Positions 25,059-37,760 of a stretch of DNA of 53,421 nt are shown here, in pieces. Positions within the stretch are counted from its first letter, which is position 1; the number at the start of each line of letters is the position of its first letter. The notes below the pieces were generated by a model. The model was given only the letters and a program-made list of their open reading frames with translations. It was not told the DNA's origin and did not search any database. The stretch is from positions 1-53,421 of the forward strand of contig JBFLGF010000211.1 of the NCBI GenBank assembly GCA_050230475.1, in the 5' to 3' direction. The translations under genes and the position numbers were made by a program. Origin of the DNA: Ancylonema sp. Its lineage: Eukaryota.

Positions 25059-26124
25059 AGTGAAGGTGCAAAGGTGCCAGTCTGAGAGGTCTGCAGAGTC
25101 TGCCACCAGTAGTCCAGGAAATATTTTCTCTTGGGCTGAGTACTTTTTAGATTGTTGGTCTGTGAAGTCAGGTGTGTACCTGATTGGGTTGAATAAAGTT
25201 GTATTTAGTTTGAAGTCAGTGGGATAAGTAAAATGAAAAGCTGGGTGCCTTAGGTCCAGCAGGGTATTTAGCAGCAGTCTGGAGAATCTGCTGACAGCAG
25301 TCCAGAAAAACTGATGCCTGCTAAAAAAAGAATGTTTGATTGGTGATTTGTTAAACCAGTATTGTAGCTGGTAGTGTTGGCTAAATGTAGCATGTTTTTG
25401 GGGCCAGTTTGGACAAGTATCGAGTTAAATATGTTACTTTTGCTACACAGGGGTATTCTGGGCAGACAGTTTGCTGCCAGATAGGGAGAGATGTACTGCA
25501 TAGGGGGTGCGTAGTGTTGTTTTTACAAGGTTTCGAATGCCAAGCATGTTGGCAGGGGGTGTGTGATGTGACTTGGTGCAGAATAAATTGGGGAAGGGCG
25601 CTTCACTTCTTCCCTATCCAGCTAAGTCAATTCAGAAGCCTTTAACCTCTGAAAACACTTGCGCGTAATGGGGAAAGTTGCAAAATCAAGTTTTGCATTG
25701 AAGTCAGTTTGATATGAGACTTGGTGTGTGTATTTTTATTGTTGTTGTAAGGACTTTGAATTTTTTTGGAGTTGTTTGGATCCGTAGTTTGGAAATTATG
25801 CCTTCCAGAATTTTCCTGAATTTACGGATGAAAAGTAGAAAATGAAATAAAAGTTTTATTTTTTTTGTTTTTCGCCTAACTTGTGGTTTTTGTTTGTTTG
25901 TTCAGGGCTTCGGCCCGAAAAACGACTAAGGAGCGGGAGCGATCGGCTGCACGACTTCCGATCGGCTGAGTTTTTAGATATGCCCCCCTAGCACGCTTGT
26001 ATGCTAGGGAATACCACACTACTTTATGGGCTATGCAATGATTCCGCCATGACTTAGCTGTAACTAGGGTAGTCCCTTGGATGTCCACATCTATGCCAAC
26101 TTTTGCATGGCATCCGCGGGGGTG

Positions 26125-26621
26125 TGTAGGAATATTCGGATAGCCATGCCTTATGCTTGCGAGTCCGGTTGTGACCGGTTATTCTAACCGGGCGCCATAT
26201 TCCTAGATGTGCTTGTATGCGGGGCCGGGCACGATTGTGTCCGGGCACCTGATCTGTTGTCACGCTTGATGTCGACACTTAGAGTCGTTAATAGCGGTTG
26301 GCGTGCTTGATGTGACTTGATTGGCTAGATCTAGTCATGTCAGAATGTCCGGCATGAGCCGTTGACATATGTGATTAGGTGTCAAGTTGTAATAGGCCGA
26401 CGGTCAATAGTTCCGACCGTGAGCAATAATTGACGTTGCGATTGTACGAAGCATCGGGGTGTTATCAACCCGATGCCGTCACTTTTCGTTATTAATAACC
26501 ATTATTCGTTCCAAACACGCAACTCTTGTCTCGTTGATCATCAGTGAAAGAGATCCTTTTGCGTACGGTTCGTTTGTCGCCCACCAAATCTCTTGCACGT
26601 CTAATCGCTCAAAAGCTTAAA
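26125..26621 (+). repeat. 3' LTR of element 1
   Basis: Direct repeat of 22324-22820, followed by TSD TCAAC. Confidence 0.95.
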
Positions 26622-29600
26622 TCAACAACGCATTTCTTCATTTTATATGTAGTACACTTCCGGGAACTGAAGTATGAAAGTTTGTAATAATCGTCATCAT
26701 TGGTTCATGACGTTCACCATTAAAACGTAACCAATATTTTTTGAAATACATATTTGTCGCATTTCACGGACGTATTTCAAACGTTTGCATCCGTACATTC
26801 CGTACACGTTTGCCGCAGTTCCCGGACGTATTCCGGACGTTTGCGAGCAAATCCGTACGACGTTTACATTTGCTAGGGACGGCATATTGCTCTCGGCCAC
26901 GTGCGGAAAATGTGCCGTACGGAATACGGGCCCCGTCCCGGTGCATCACTCCGGAAATAAGAAGTATGTCTTAAATATTTGGGTTTTGTGCAATGAACAA
27001 AAAAATGGAAAAAAAAAGTGAAGGATGAAATTCCCCGCCACGCCCACTTTTGCCTCCAAAAGACGTTGAAAATTTATCAAGGAGCACGATGGGAACCCCA
27101 TATGACAAGGAAGAAAACCGGAAACCCACAAACACCTCGGAGGGCAATTTTTATAAAACCGAAGTTCCGCACACTCGAGGGGAATCGAGTTACCACGTAA
27201 CTCTGCCGCCGTAATCGACAACCGTGGGAGGTGGGGGGGAGGGGTGGAAGACATACCATGCTCCAAACTCAATGTGCATGAATAGCATATGCTAAAGACC
27301 GCTTTAAATTCATCGAAACACGTTGATGATACCATAACACTAAAAAGCACGGGAGAAAAAAAGCGAGAGCTATGGAGTCTGTTCCGATCCCGAACTCCAG
27401 CCCAAGTGGACCACGCTTATAAAATAGGTTGGTGCCGGTTTGGGTAACTATGATGAAGAGCTTACATGTTTTTTTGCCCAATTATAATGTTGTCGACACA
27501 TGAAATGCGTTGACTCTCATTAAGGCATTAGCTTGTAGGTATACGTGAATCGGATTCAACAAATTCGGACCTTCTTTTGTGTCTTGTTAACAACCTTCTC
27601 AAATCAAAACAAAACTCCCGTCTTTGAAAAATTGACATTGTAATATTCTCGCTATTTTATTATATGTGGAGTTCTTAATGGAATTCTAATATACCTAACT
27701 TCGTATCTCGAATCTTGTCGAAGTCAACCTTTATATTATAATTATTCGATATGATAACTATTCCCCGCGCTTTTTTCGGTTCCTTATATTGAGGTTTTGA
27801 TGAAGCACCAACATAAAAGATTGACGATGAAAGAAGAAAGAACATGGGAGATGGAAATTTGATCGTGGAACCATAGATGCACACGCCGCGAAAATTTCCT
27901 CCCCGGTTGTTTGAAGTGGTCATGTGAAGCGATGAATGACTGCCCCAGTTTCCGAAACTGTCGAAAACTTCATGGGTGATTTTTATTTGACTACTAGACT
28001 TGAGAAGATAAGATGGTACGCGACCAAATTCGAAGTTGTTCGTAACCGTTTCTATTTTTACTAATGCGTATTGCCAAATTGATAAGCCGAAATTTTGCTC
28101 GAAACATTGAGCAAACAATAAGTAATGAAGTACGCTCGCGTTTGATGAAATCACAAGTCCTTGACAGAGCAAACTCACATGAGTTTTACATAGAGCACGG
28201 TTTTTATCATTGCTCAAAATAGACCAGTTTTTTACACATAATGTCTATTGTTTTTTCATACATTGGTCCTTGAAATTTAGTGAACATAGTGCCCTTGTAC
28301 TTGATTCCTTGACAATTGTATCGACGGAGAAGGATTTTTTTTCGATGGATTGTCGAACGAAAAACAATGACGTTCATATAAATGGACATCGTACATTTAA
28401 ATGTTTTTATGTAACATCGCATTTAGGTAAAAATCCTATAATGAATTTTGCATTATTATGATAGCTTTCCGACCAAATCAGCTACTCTTTACCGACGCAA
28501 TAAAAATAACCAACATCGAGCTTGTACAAACTTAATAGTAAAAATATTAACCGGATTGACAAATGTCGTCACCGCAAATTTTTGAACATCGCAGCACATT
28601 AGCTTACAAACATTGATAAATTTCGGGTGTTCATGTTATTAAAATGGAATGGTACTTGATTTTCGACAGCCGAATCGTACCCGTCAATTATTTGAGAAGA
28701 AGTATAAGGCGGGTCAATCGTTATAGCTTTCATAAGCTATTGTAAAAAGACTAAGCTTGTATCCTATATTCTCGTTCTATGTATTCGTTGTATTCGAATT
28801 CGAGTTGTGGAAATATCATTATGCATCGAAATTGAGGAAAGTACGAACGGAGCGCACTCCGTTCGCAATAACTCAAATTTTGAAGTCCTCTGGGACTCGA
28901 AGCCCTCTTTACTTCTTAGGTTCAAAAACTCAGTTGGTGATACCATCTTGTGGTTGCAAGGCGAAGGTATGCGACCTGCTTAGGTGGTTGGTGTCTTTCT
29001 ATCTGCACCTTTGAACACGAATGTGCATGATACGGTCGGCATTTGCCGACCAAGTTTTAAATCATCACAATGTGTGTTATACTGGACGGCCTCTTGAGAG
29101 CAACTACATACAACGATTCAGAAGACATTAACAAACCAAGGTTGTACCAAGTTTATCAATCTGAAATGTACCTAAATTCCTGAAAAAAACCTTCAGTAAT
29201 GCTTTACAATTTTGCCAATACTTGTAGATCTATTTCCCAACAACATATCGTGCATGTTACCATGGAAAGGACTACCACGTGTCTAGTGACCATCATACAC
29301 GTGCACAAAGTCCATCGTAGATAGTGATTCTGCCTCGTAGGGGATGCTTCACTGACGATGATTTTTTTGACGGTGGGGATGTTCGCACGGATATGTGAGA
29401 CACTCGATGCCGTTGATGAGCTCATTCAGACTCCCGACTCAGACTGGAGGACATTGACAAGTGCCTGTTCATCCTTCTCACGTAAGCCTCCCCTGATTCC
29501 CCGTACGTAACAACGATCTGGCGTTCGATTAGCACGTCGGTAATCAAAAGGGGATGTTGAAAATCTCGCGCGTCAGGCAGCATGTACGCCAATTCTAAGC

Positions 29601-32600
29601 ATCTCTCTAGTCGTCTTCTCTGCTCGGTGATTTTTTGCAAGACTCTCAGCTGAAGTACGAAGAAGAGACCGCAAAGTCCGCCAACTGCCACCGTAGGTAT
29701 TCCAATGTGTTCCAAAATCCAAAACGCCCCCTTTTTTTTTCCGACGGTCATCCCTCAGCCTCCTATCATTTTTAGCCTCCACAATATCATTTCCCAGTGC
29801 ATGACCCCCATGAAATTTCTCGTCTGCACGTGCGTGCTCCATATTAGCCACGAAGTTCTGAGACTCATGTCAGTAGCATAAAGTACAATTTGCGGGCAAC
29901 CAGAAGTGTGTACGATAATGCGGGGCTTAGTTTGAATCGGTTTCCGATACACATAAAAGTAAGAACATCGATTTATGATTACGGGAAATAATTAGTCTGG
30001 ACTGAATTGAAATTAGTGTGCGCTGTTGGAGCTCTCGAACCCGCGGTTTGCCATGACATGTGTTTGAACTACTAGAACTGCTTTGACTGTGCGATGTTCA
30101 AGTATCAAACAACATTGTATCGGAGACAGTGTGGGACACGTGCAGTCGTGAATTGTAAAAGGCGCACACTTCAAAACTTGTGCATATGTAATAAAATCAT
30201 CACACACGTGGAAAATACTTTTGCACCAATCCGAAAGCTGGAGTACTCCTATGATATGGCCAACGGCGGATGTACGTGTGAAACGTGGCAATACTTTAGT
30301 CGCTAAAATAAATGTAATGGTCGAAATATTTTCCGCAGGAGAACGTGGTACCGGTATAAATATTAAGATGTGCGCTATAAATATTGAAGGTTCCGCACGT
30401 GCGATTTTCTTACCGTACTTACTGGCGCTATTCGATGTGTCATTACGCTGTATCGAAAAGGAGGCATAAATGCAACAGAGCATCATGCCGTTATATGCGG
30501 CTGTTCAGTTTCTGTCGAGAGCGGCGCATCTATTCCAGATGGCACCCTGTATTACACGTGCATACAATGCACATTATTGCTGTGGAAATCCCGGTCGTCA
30601 CAGCTGATCGACACGCGATTTGTCTCAGATTCGAAATTCCAGCAAGCGTCTTCCAATCTTCCTCTTTAGGTTCTGTTTCAGCTGCTTAATCACAATAATC
30701 TGCAGTCTGCGTTCAGAAAATCTACGTAACAATTTAATAAACATCTTCATTTTTTACTCCCAGCCGTGGAAAGTTGCCATAAACCGTCCTATGAGATGGA
30801 GCGTCTGTAAGGCATAGAATTGATGTCTAGTATTTTTTATGGCGTTGTCGGCTTATCCCCAGCAGGAGGTGCGCTGTACGGAGTCCTGGCCATGCCTCCT
30901 GCCACGAGAAACAGCGGTGGGACACCAAGTGGCTACTCCGAGTTCACAGCTCCAGCCAACTCTTCGGTGCCTCACACGGATGAGAGAGTTCGAGCACGTG
31001 CCGCCAGTGAGAAAGCGAAACAAACTTTGGAGGGAAGCCGAGTTTCCGCTTCAGCAGCCGAGTGGGTGAGAGACGGAGAGCGGGCCACGTGATTGTTCTG
31101 CGCGCAAGGCAAAGCGGGTTGAAAGCTTATGCTGTACATCGTTTCGCTTACCTCATTTGTTCAGATTATTTTTTTCGCAGGGAAATCTTGTTCGATATAT
31201 TTTGAAGGCTGTGAATGATTCAAAGTGCGTCGAAATTCTGCACCAATACAAGTTTATTTCCGACGTTAATTTTGATGTACTGTGATATGTTTCAGGTACC
31301 GGATGCGCACATGTTCAGATTGCAGAGCTTTTCCTTGCAGCATCGTCACTTCATGGCTGTTGACATGTTCATCATGCCAAATTGGATCATCCAAAATTCT
31401 GTTTTCCAAAGTGTAAAAATGTATATTACTTTCGGGTCTGGAGTCTGATCCAAAATCTATGTACTCTTTCTTTGTTCCATATTCCAAGTATGCTTCGTTT
31501 TTTTGTGAATCATGGTACCATTTCACTCACGGGTATCTCAGCCGCAATTTGTAGGTCAAAAATAGTTGGTCAGATTTTCAATTGCGAAATTCCGGTTCTG
31601 TAGAAATATATTTTCTTGTATCAAAAATAAATCTCGGAAGGGAACTGTCCTTTCAAAGATTTCGTCTCACTGTTTATTGGGTTATATCATGCATCATTAG
31701 CTATATAAGATCCATATGAATGGAAATAATAGTGACATCTGAGGGGTCATAGATGGATGATTCATCGTCTTCATCGTCTTTGGCTTTCAATTGTAATCAT
31801 TGCCACTTCCAAGGGTAGTTTAATTTCAGCCATAGGTCGGGGGCTGTGAAAAAACCATCACTGTTTGACCAGGACATCTGTTTGACCATACTCGACGCTC
31901 ATTCATGAAAAAAAAAATGTAACTGACCAGTAACCAATCACAACAAGTACCTCCTGACAGTGACGTGACATACACGCAATACACCAAGAAATAGAATTTT
32001 GTCTACGACTGGCATTTCAAATTATTATTTTCATATACTTACCAAAAAATCTTGTTGGTTTCGAAGTACACTCGACTGTCCATACATCGATATGCACGTC
32101 AAAGACTTATCTGGGAAAACTACGCAATTTCGAACATTGCCAACGGTTGAAGCTAACTAAATGCATTTCGTTTGACGCTTGCATTGTTTTTTATTCTATA
32201 TTTGTTTGTGTAAGTATTGATGATGTATTAATACGTTTGTATATTTGAAATAATAACACCTTTGATCCTGGATTTCATACGCAATAAATTGCGTGAATGG
32301 GCTTGGCCCATATGCCCGTATGCAATATCGTGAGCTCACAAAATCACGATAATAATTAAAAAAAACAATTTCACCGCTTCGACGAGAGAGATAGGTAGAT
32401 GAAGCAAGAAAAGAAATGATGGCTCTGAAAATTCGAAACTTGATTTTCGATCATAAATAATAGACCGGGTACAATCGAAGCTATGAACCGCACTGTGTAA
32501 TGCAATAAAAACGCGAAGTAAACAATGAAGTACGGACGCAGGCGTATGATTTATATATCTTTGGACCGCTGCATTACGATTCGATTGTTCTCAACATAAT

Positions 32601-33824
32601 GTAGGCATAAACAAAAGCTTCTGGTTAGGGCGTTCCGAAATTTCAAAAAAAAAGAGGGCATCTATCATCATACTAAACATCTCCTCGTGTGCTTCGGTTT
32701 TGTTCTCCGTGTCATCAATACATTTGAAGCTTATCTTTCTTTCGTTTTAAACTTTTTTCTTTTTCCCCGGAAGATCTGAACCCTACAATGACTATAAACC
32801 GAACAAAGACCGCACCGAAAGTCAATTTCGTACAACAAATGTTTTACGAAATTGGCTTTTCAATGGATATCGAAAACACTTCACAGGAAACTCGAGTGAA
32901 CGACTTTCACTAAAAGTATCATGAGAAATATAAATATAGAGTAAGGTGACTCATATTATTAAACATTAATTGCTCAACATCAACATGGATGACGGTTGAC
33001 GGACGGTTTTGGCGGTGGGAACGATGCCAATTCGGGAGAAACGGGAAATAGATACGGAAGACGGGATACGGGTCGGTGTAAGCGGTGCACCCCTGTCTGA
33101 CCCCACCCTGGTACCAGACTCACACGGTTGCACGCGCGACGCTGTAATTTGGGGGTGACGTATCCGTACGCCCAAATCTGGCAGTCAAAAAGTCTACAGA
33201 ATTATCCGATGATCAGGATAATGGACCGCCAAACGACCATAACTTTTACGATGCATCGTTGCATGATGTATTTTGACACGTGTCGTACGTGTGTGTAACG
33301 GCATCGAGGTTCATTCTTCCAGCACTTCAGTGGTAGAACGTGTCGCTGGATGAGAACTGAAAAGACCTTCAAAGCAGGAATGGCGATGAGTACTTGTCTT
33401 GGCTGATTGCTGGTGCTACTGTCACCACTCTTTCTTCTGTTTTACATGTTCCTTGAGGTTCAAATTTTAGCATGGCTGCCTTAGAATATGCAGACTGCGA
33501 GGACGAGAGAGGCCATACTAACAAAACTCCGATCGGAGAGGCAGCGGGGATGAATCTCGCAGTTCAGAGTTGGCCAAAAGAAGTCTCCGACTTTTTACAA
33601 CACACAGGGATAGTCATTGCGGGGTGTTACTGGCTTACATTTTCATCTCATGCGTCTGCATCTCGCTATATTGGATTAGTTCACGGAAGTCGCATTCTGC
33701 TATTTCCGTGTGAGCTCTTCAAAAAAAAAAATGGAGCTCTTGTTCGTCCTCACCGAGTTCACGATGTCAGCCATCCGAGTTTTCTTGCACGCCCGCAGGG
33801 ACTTTATATCTGCATGGAGCAGGC

Positions 33825-34299
33825 TAAAACGATTTGTCACTTGACACGGTCACTTGACACGGTAGCGCACAAGTTCACTGCTTTACAATACACGACAATA
33901 AACTGTACGGTAAAGCAGCAGCTTTTGGGTATGATTGTGAAATGTTATTATGAACGCATTCTCGTCGGGCTAATATACCCGACGAGCCGACAACGGTACA
34001 ATGATTACCGGTCACGGTCGGAACTATTGACCGTCGTCGTGCTACCGCACGTGTGTCTACGGCAACATGCCGGACTCGACTGTCACCACACAAATCCAAC
34101 CAATGGGGTGGTGACACCGCCTAGCATTCTACAACGACTACTAGCTTGGTCACGTCCGTGCAAGTGTGGACGTGCCGTGTGCGCACGGATACCCGGGTAT
34201 AGCGTTCCCGGCTCCGTGTCCTAAAAGACTCTAAGGCAATTTAGCCGGACAAAGCAAACAAGTCATTTTCGTGCCTCTATCCGAACTCAATTCCTAACA
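33825..34299 (-). repeat. 3' LTR of element 2
   Basis: Direct repeat of 37761-38240 with small indels. Confidence 0.93.
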
Positions 34300-35322
34300 C
34301 ACCCCCTCGGATGCACAGCCTTGTTTGGCATTGTCTAGTAAAAGAGGACTACCCTACAATGTAGCCGGGTAGTTGGTCTTCCCTAGTCAAATATAATCAC
34401 TAGGGGCTCCTATCTATATCATCTCAAATCATTACGCATGAACTCGAAAAACACGCTCCCGATCCTTGTCGTTTTTCGGGCCGAAGCCCTGAACATAACA
34501 AACAAAAACAACAAGTTAGTCGACAAAAACAAAAATTCACAAAAAATCATTTTTCACTTTCTAGTTTTGAGTCTGAAAATTCAAACTTGCATAACTTCTT
34601 GATAACATAACAAATCACTCTCAGATTTTGACATAACACTCGCAAGAGCAATATAGATACGCATACGAAAATTCAGATTAAAATAATTTCAGATGCAAAA
34701 ACTCAGTTTTCTGATTTTAACTTTTTCACATTTTTCTGGACTTAAGACATTTTAAAGTTTGAAAGTTGGAAGGGTCTCAGCTTTGAAAAGAATACCTCTG
34801 TGTCATACAAATCACCCCCTGCCAGACTAGGCAGTGGATCTTCTCCAGCAACGAAAACTCCACTCAGAAGTATCACCCCCTGTTTATTGGGGGGCCCTAT
34901 CCAAAACTCACTTTCTGGCAGCAAAACTGTCTCCCCAGAGACCCTAGTCCAGTAGAAACAACACTGCATCCAGATTCCTTATTCAAATAAATCTACTTTT
35001 TTCTTAAACTGTAGCTACCTCCTCTGGCTATGTGGAACACTTTTCTTATCACAAATCAACTCAGTCAGGCTCAGCAGGCATCAATTCTCCTGAGCTGCTG
35101 TCAGCAGACTGTTCTGATCCTGACTGAATACTCTGCTGGACCTCTGCGATGCAGCTTTTCCCCTATCCTCTCCAAATACCTCCATAACAAGCTTAAAATT
35201 TCCCAAGACTACCAGTCATGCTACTGGTTTTACTACGTGTTAAAAGACCAAATTACTAGCCCAAGATAGAACTTGGCGTGGGGTACTGGCAGTCTGGCAG
35301 ACTCTGTAAATCTGCTGTTTTG

Positions 35323-37468
35323 TCAGCCTCTTTCTATCCTTGGCAGATAACTAGGCCAGCCAGGGCCTCTATCACACCCTAACTGTCTTACAGAACTCCC
35401 AGACCTCCTTGAAAATCGACCCCCTAGACCATGACATCTCATAATATCAGGCAAGGCGCAGGGTTGGAAGGGTGTTTGGTCGTTTGTTAAGACGTTTCCC
35501 CACATTCTGGACTTATACTCTTCCACTAAGTCACGCCCTCTGGCACCCCCTGAGTCCTGGCTACCTCCTAGCAGATCAGCTATCAACTGTAAGCCGGTTG
35601 ACTTCAGGTTCATGGGGTTGAGGGTTGGAAGGGTGCTGGGGGGGGAGTATTGGGGTTCCTTTTCAAGGTTTGAGGGAGGGGTTCTTTCAAATAGCCCCTT
35701 CCCGGGCATAGTCATGGCCATATTGACATGCACCCCCATTCTCCTACCCCCTCCACTTCTAGCCATTATATGCTGATCCCCCATTCTGCTCTCATGCTGC
35801 TCTTGCAGCATTGTATCAATCCTCACTACCCTTCCCGGTAGTATAAGCAGCCCGCTGGCATGTCTTTTAACATCAGCAAAACTCCTTCTTCTCCACAAGA
35901 GACTCGTCACCCCCCTTTCACTCAAAGTGAAGCCTACCAAAGCACGATCATTAGGGCAGATCATGTTTACCAGCTTCATTCTCAAGCTGGGCACATGAAG
36001 GGCATGAAGACGGAGTGGTCGCACCGCTCCTCCACTCCTTAGTTCCACCTTGACTGTCCCGACCCCTAGCACTGGGTGTGACTTTCCATCTGCTGTGTAA
36101 ACGAATGAGCTCTGAAGTGGCACCTTCGTGCTGTACTCGCAGAAATCTGACCGATCTGGGAAGACATGGTCTGTGGCTCCCGAGTCCAAGATCAGCTCTC
36201 CCCCCTCCCCTCTACAGGCAATGTAGACACCGTTGTAGCACACATGCCCAGGAAAATCCAGAGCACTTGCTGCCATGCTGGAAAACTGCTGCATGTGCTG
36301 CCATCCTCTGCTGCCCAGCTGCATCTCGCTGGCGCAGGCTCACACATGTCGATGGTGTGGCCCGTCTCCTTGCAGTAGGCGCACGTCAGCTCACGTTGCT
36401 GCTGCCCTTGCTGCCAATTTCTGCCGTATTGCTGACCTCCGCTGCTTCCTCCACCGAATTGCTGCTGCCCCCCTATGCTGTCGTACCTGCCCTCCCTACA
36501 GCTGCTCATTCTGCTGCTGGGATCGTCGGCAGTCTCGCACCAGATGTCCGGGGTTGCCGCAGTTGGCAGCGCTTTTGCGGCTGGCCGCCTTGCTGCTGGC
36601 CTCCGCTTTCTCCAGTGGGGCAATTCGACTTGTAGTGTCCGAAGTCCTGGCAGCCGTGGCATCGCACGCTGCTGATTTCCCCTCTACCGCCATTCTGGGG
36701 CCTGCTGCCATGTGCAGCTCCTCCAGATCCGCCGTAATGCACTTGCGGACCACCGAGAGGCTCGCCACGCTTCCGCGCGCTGACGATGAGCTTGGTGTCC
36801 TTTCGCTCCAGAGCCGAGGTGATGTGGGGGATCGTGTAGAGGTTCGGTGATGAAGACTCCGCCCAGCTGTGGACGACCTCGACCATCGTGTCGTATCGCG
36901 TGCTCAGTAGTTGATCAAATTTGTCGCCTGGTCTGCTTCGCTGACTCGCTTCCTCAGGTGCGCAAGCTCTCCATGGATGACCTGCAGGCGTTTGACAAAC
37001 TCTTGTAAGTCTTCGGCCTCTCCCATTGCCGTAGCACTCAGTTTAGCCCGGGCCATTAGCTACTTCAATAGCGCCTTGGACTTCGTAAAAAGATGCAAGG
37101 TTGTTTCACATTTCAAATGCGTAATCACAATCCCTAACATGAACCTGCTCTAACGGACCTAAGAGCCTAACAATATAGGCCTGCGCCTTTAAATCCTGCG
37201 CATCCCAAGCATCAACAAGCAAATTTCTAGCATCGACATTCTGTTGGTGTGTATTAGCAGCAGCTCTTCGAGCGCAGCATCACCAGGCAATGAATCGACT
37301 GCTGCTTGTGTCAGCGGCTCGATAACAGCCGGGCGAGGTATTCTCGTCCTCCCCTTGAAGTCGACGACATATCGATGCAGCTCTTTTTCAATCAAGCCGA
37401 ACCTGACTTTAAAGGCCCATCCCTGATATGCTGCCCCGGTGCTGGGGAATATTGTTCTTATCCGCCAT
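35323..37468 (-). pseudogene. Disrupted copia gag-protease plus unrecognised C-terminal extension (element 2)
   Basis: GWAFKVRFGLIEKELH; WAESSSPNLYTIPHITSAL (element 1: WSESSPHLFTIPHIVSAL); knuckles CHGCQDFGHYKSNC, CANCGNPGHLVRDC, CAYCKETGHTIDMC; protease LILDSGATDH...LHVPSLRMKLVN; several frameshifts. Confidence 0.85.
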
Positions 37469-37746
37469 CTGCACCAGGGTTAAATACACAAAATTCCAAC
37501 ACAAAGATGCAGGCAGCTAACACCTCTATCAAAACGTTGGCGGCAATTTGGAACACGAAGCTCTCAGCTCACCAATGCAGAAAATAAAAGCAGAACGTAA
37601 TTCAAGAATTACGAGCCTAGCAATTCCGGATCTAATTGCCCTAACAATTAGGCACCAATTTACCTTGATTTCCAGAGCAACTTTGCCTGCGCGTGAAAAC
37701 GTGGGAAATCTATAGGATCCGACCGCTCGGATGTCCTAGACAATAT

Positions 37747-37760
37747 GTGGGCCCATAACC
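37747..37760 (-). promoter_or_regulatory. Primer binding site (half tRNA-iMet) of element 2
   Basis: GTGGGCCCATAACC on the plus strand, abutting the 5' LTR. Confidence 0.88.

Larger units (their letters stand above)
22324..26621 (+). mobile_element. Non-autonomous Ty1/copia LTR retrotransposon (element 1), Gag-protease only
   Basis: 497-bp LTRs 22324-22820 and 26125-26621 (about 26 differences counted by eye, ~95% identical); TSD TCAAC at 22319-22323 and 26622-26626; PBS GGTTATGGGCCCAC at 22821; PPT-like GCGGGGGTG before the 3' LTR; no RT, IN or RNaseH motif seen. Confidence 0.95.

Noticed and set aside
25895..25930. Hammerhead ribozyme (stem followed by GAAA) in the conserved module
   Set aside because: No CUGANGA core upstream of the stem on either strand in either element.
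26005..26116. 5S rRNA fragment as in Cassandra elements (GGGAATACC, GCATCC)
   Set aside because: Only short words match; no colinear 5S sequence or A/C boxes.
33875..34224. ORFs inside the LTRs of element 2 (also 37856-38165)
   Set aside because: Frames differ between the two LTR copies because of indels; no protein motif.
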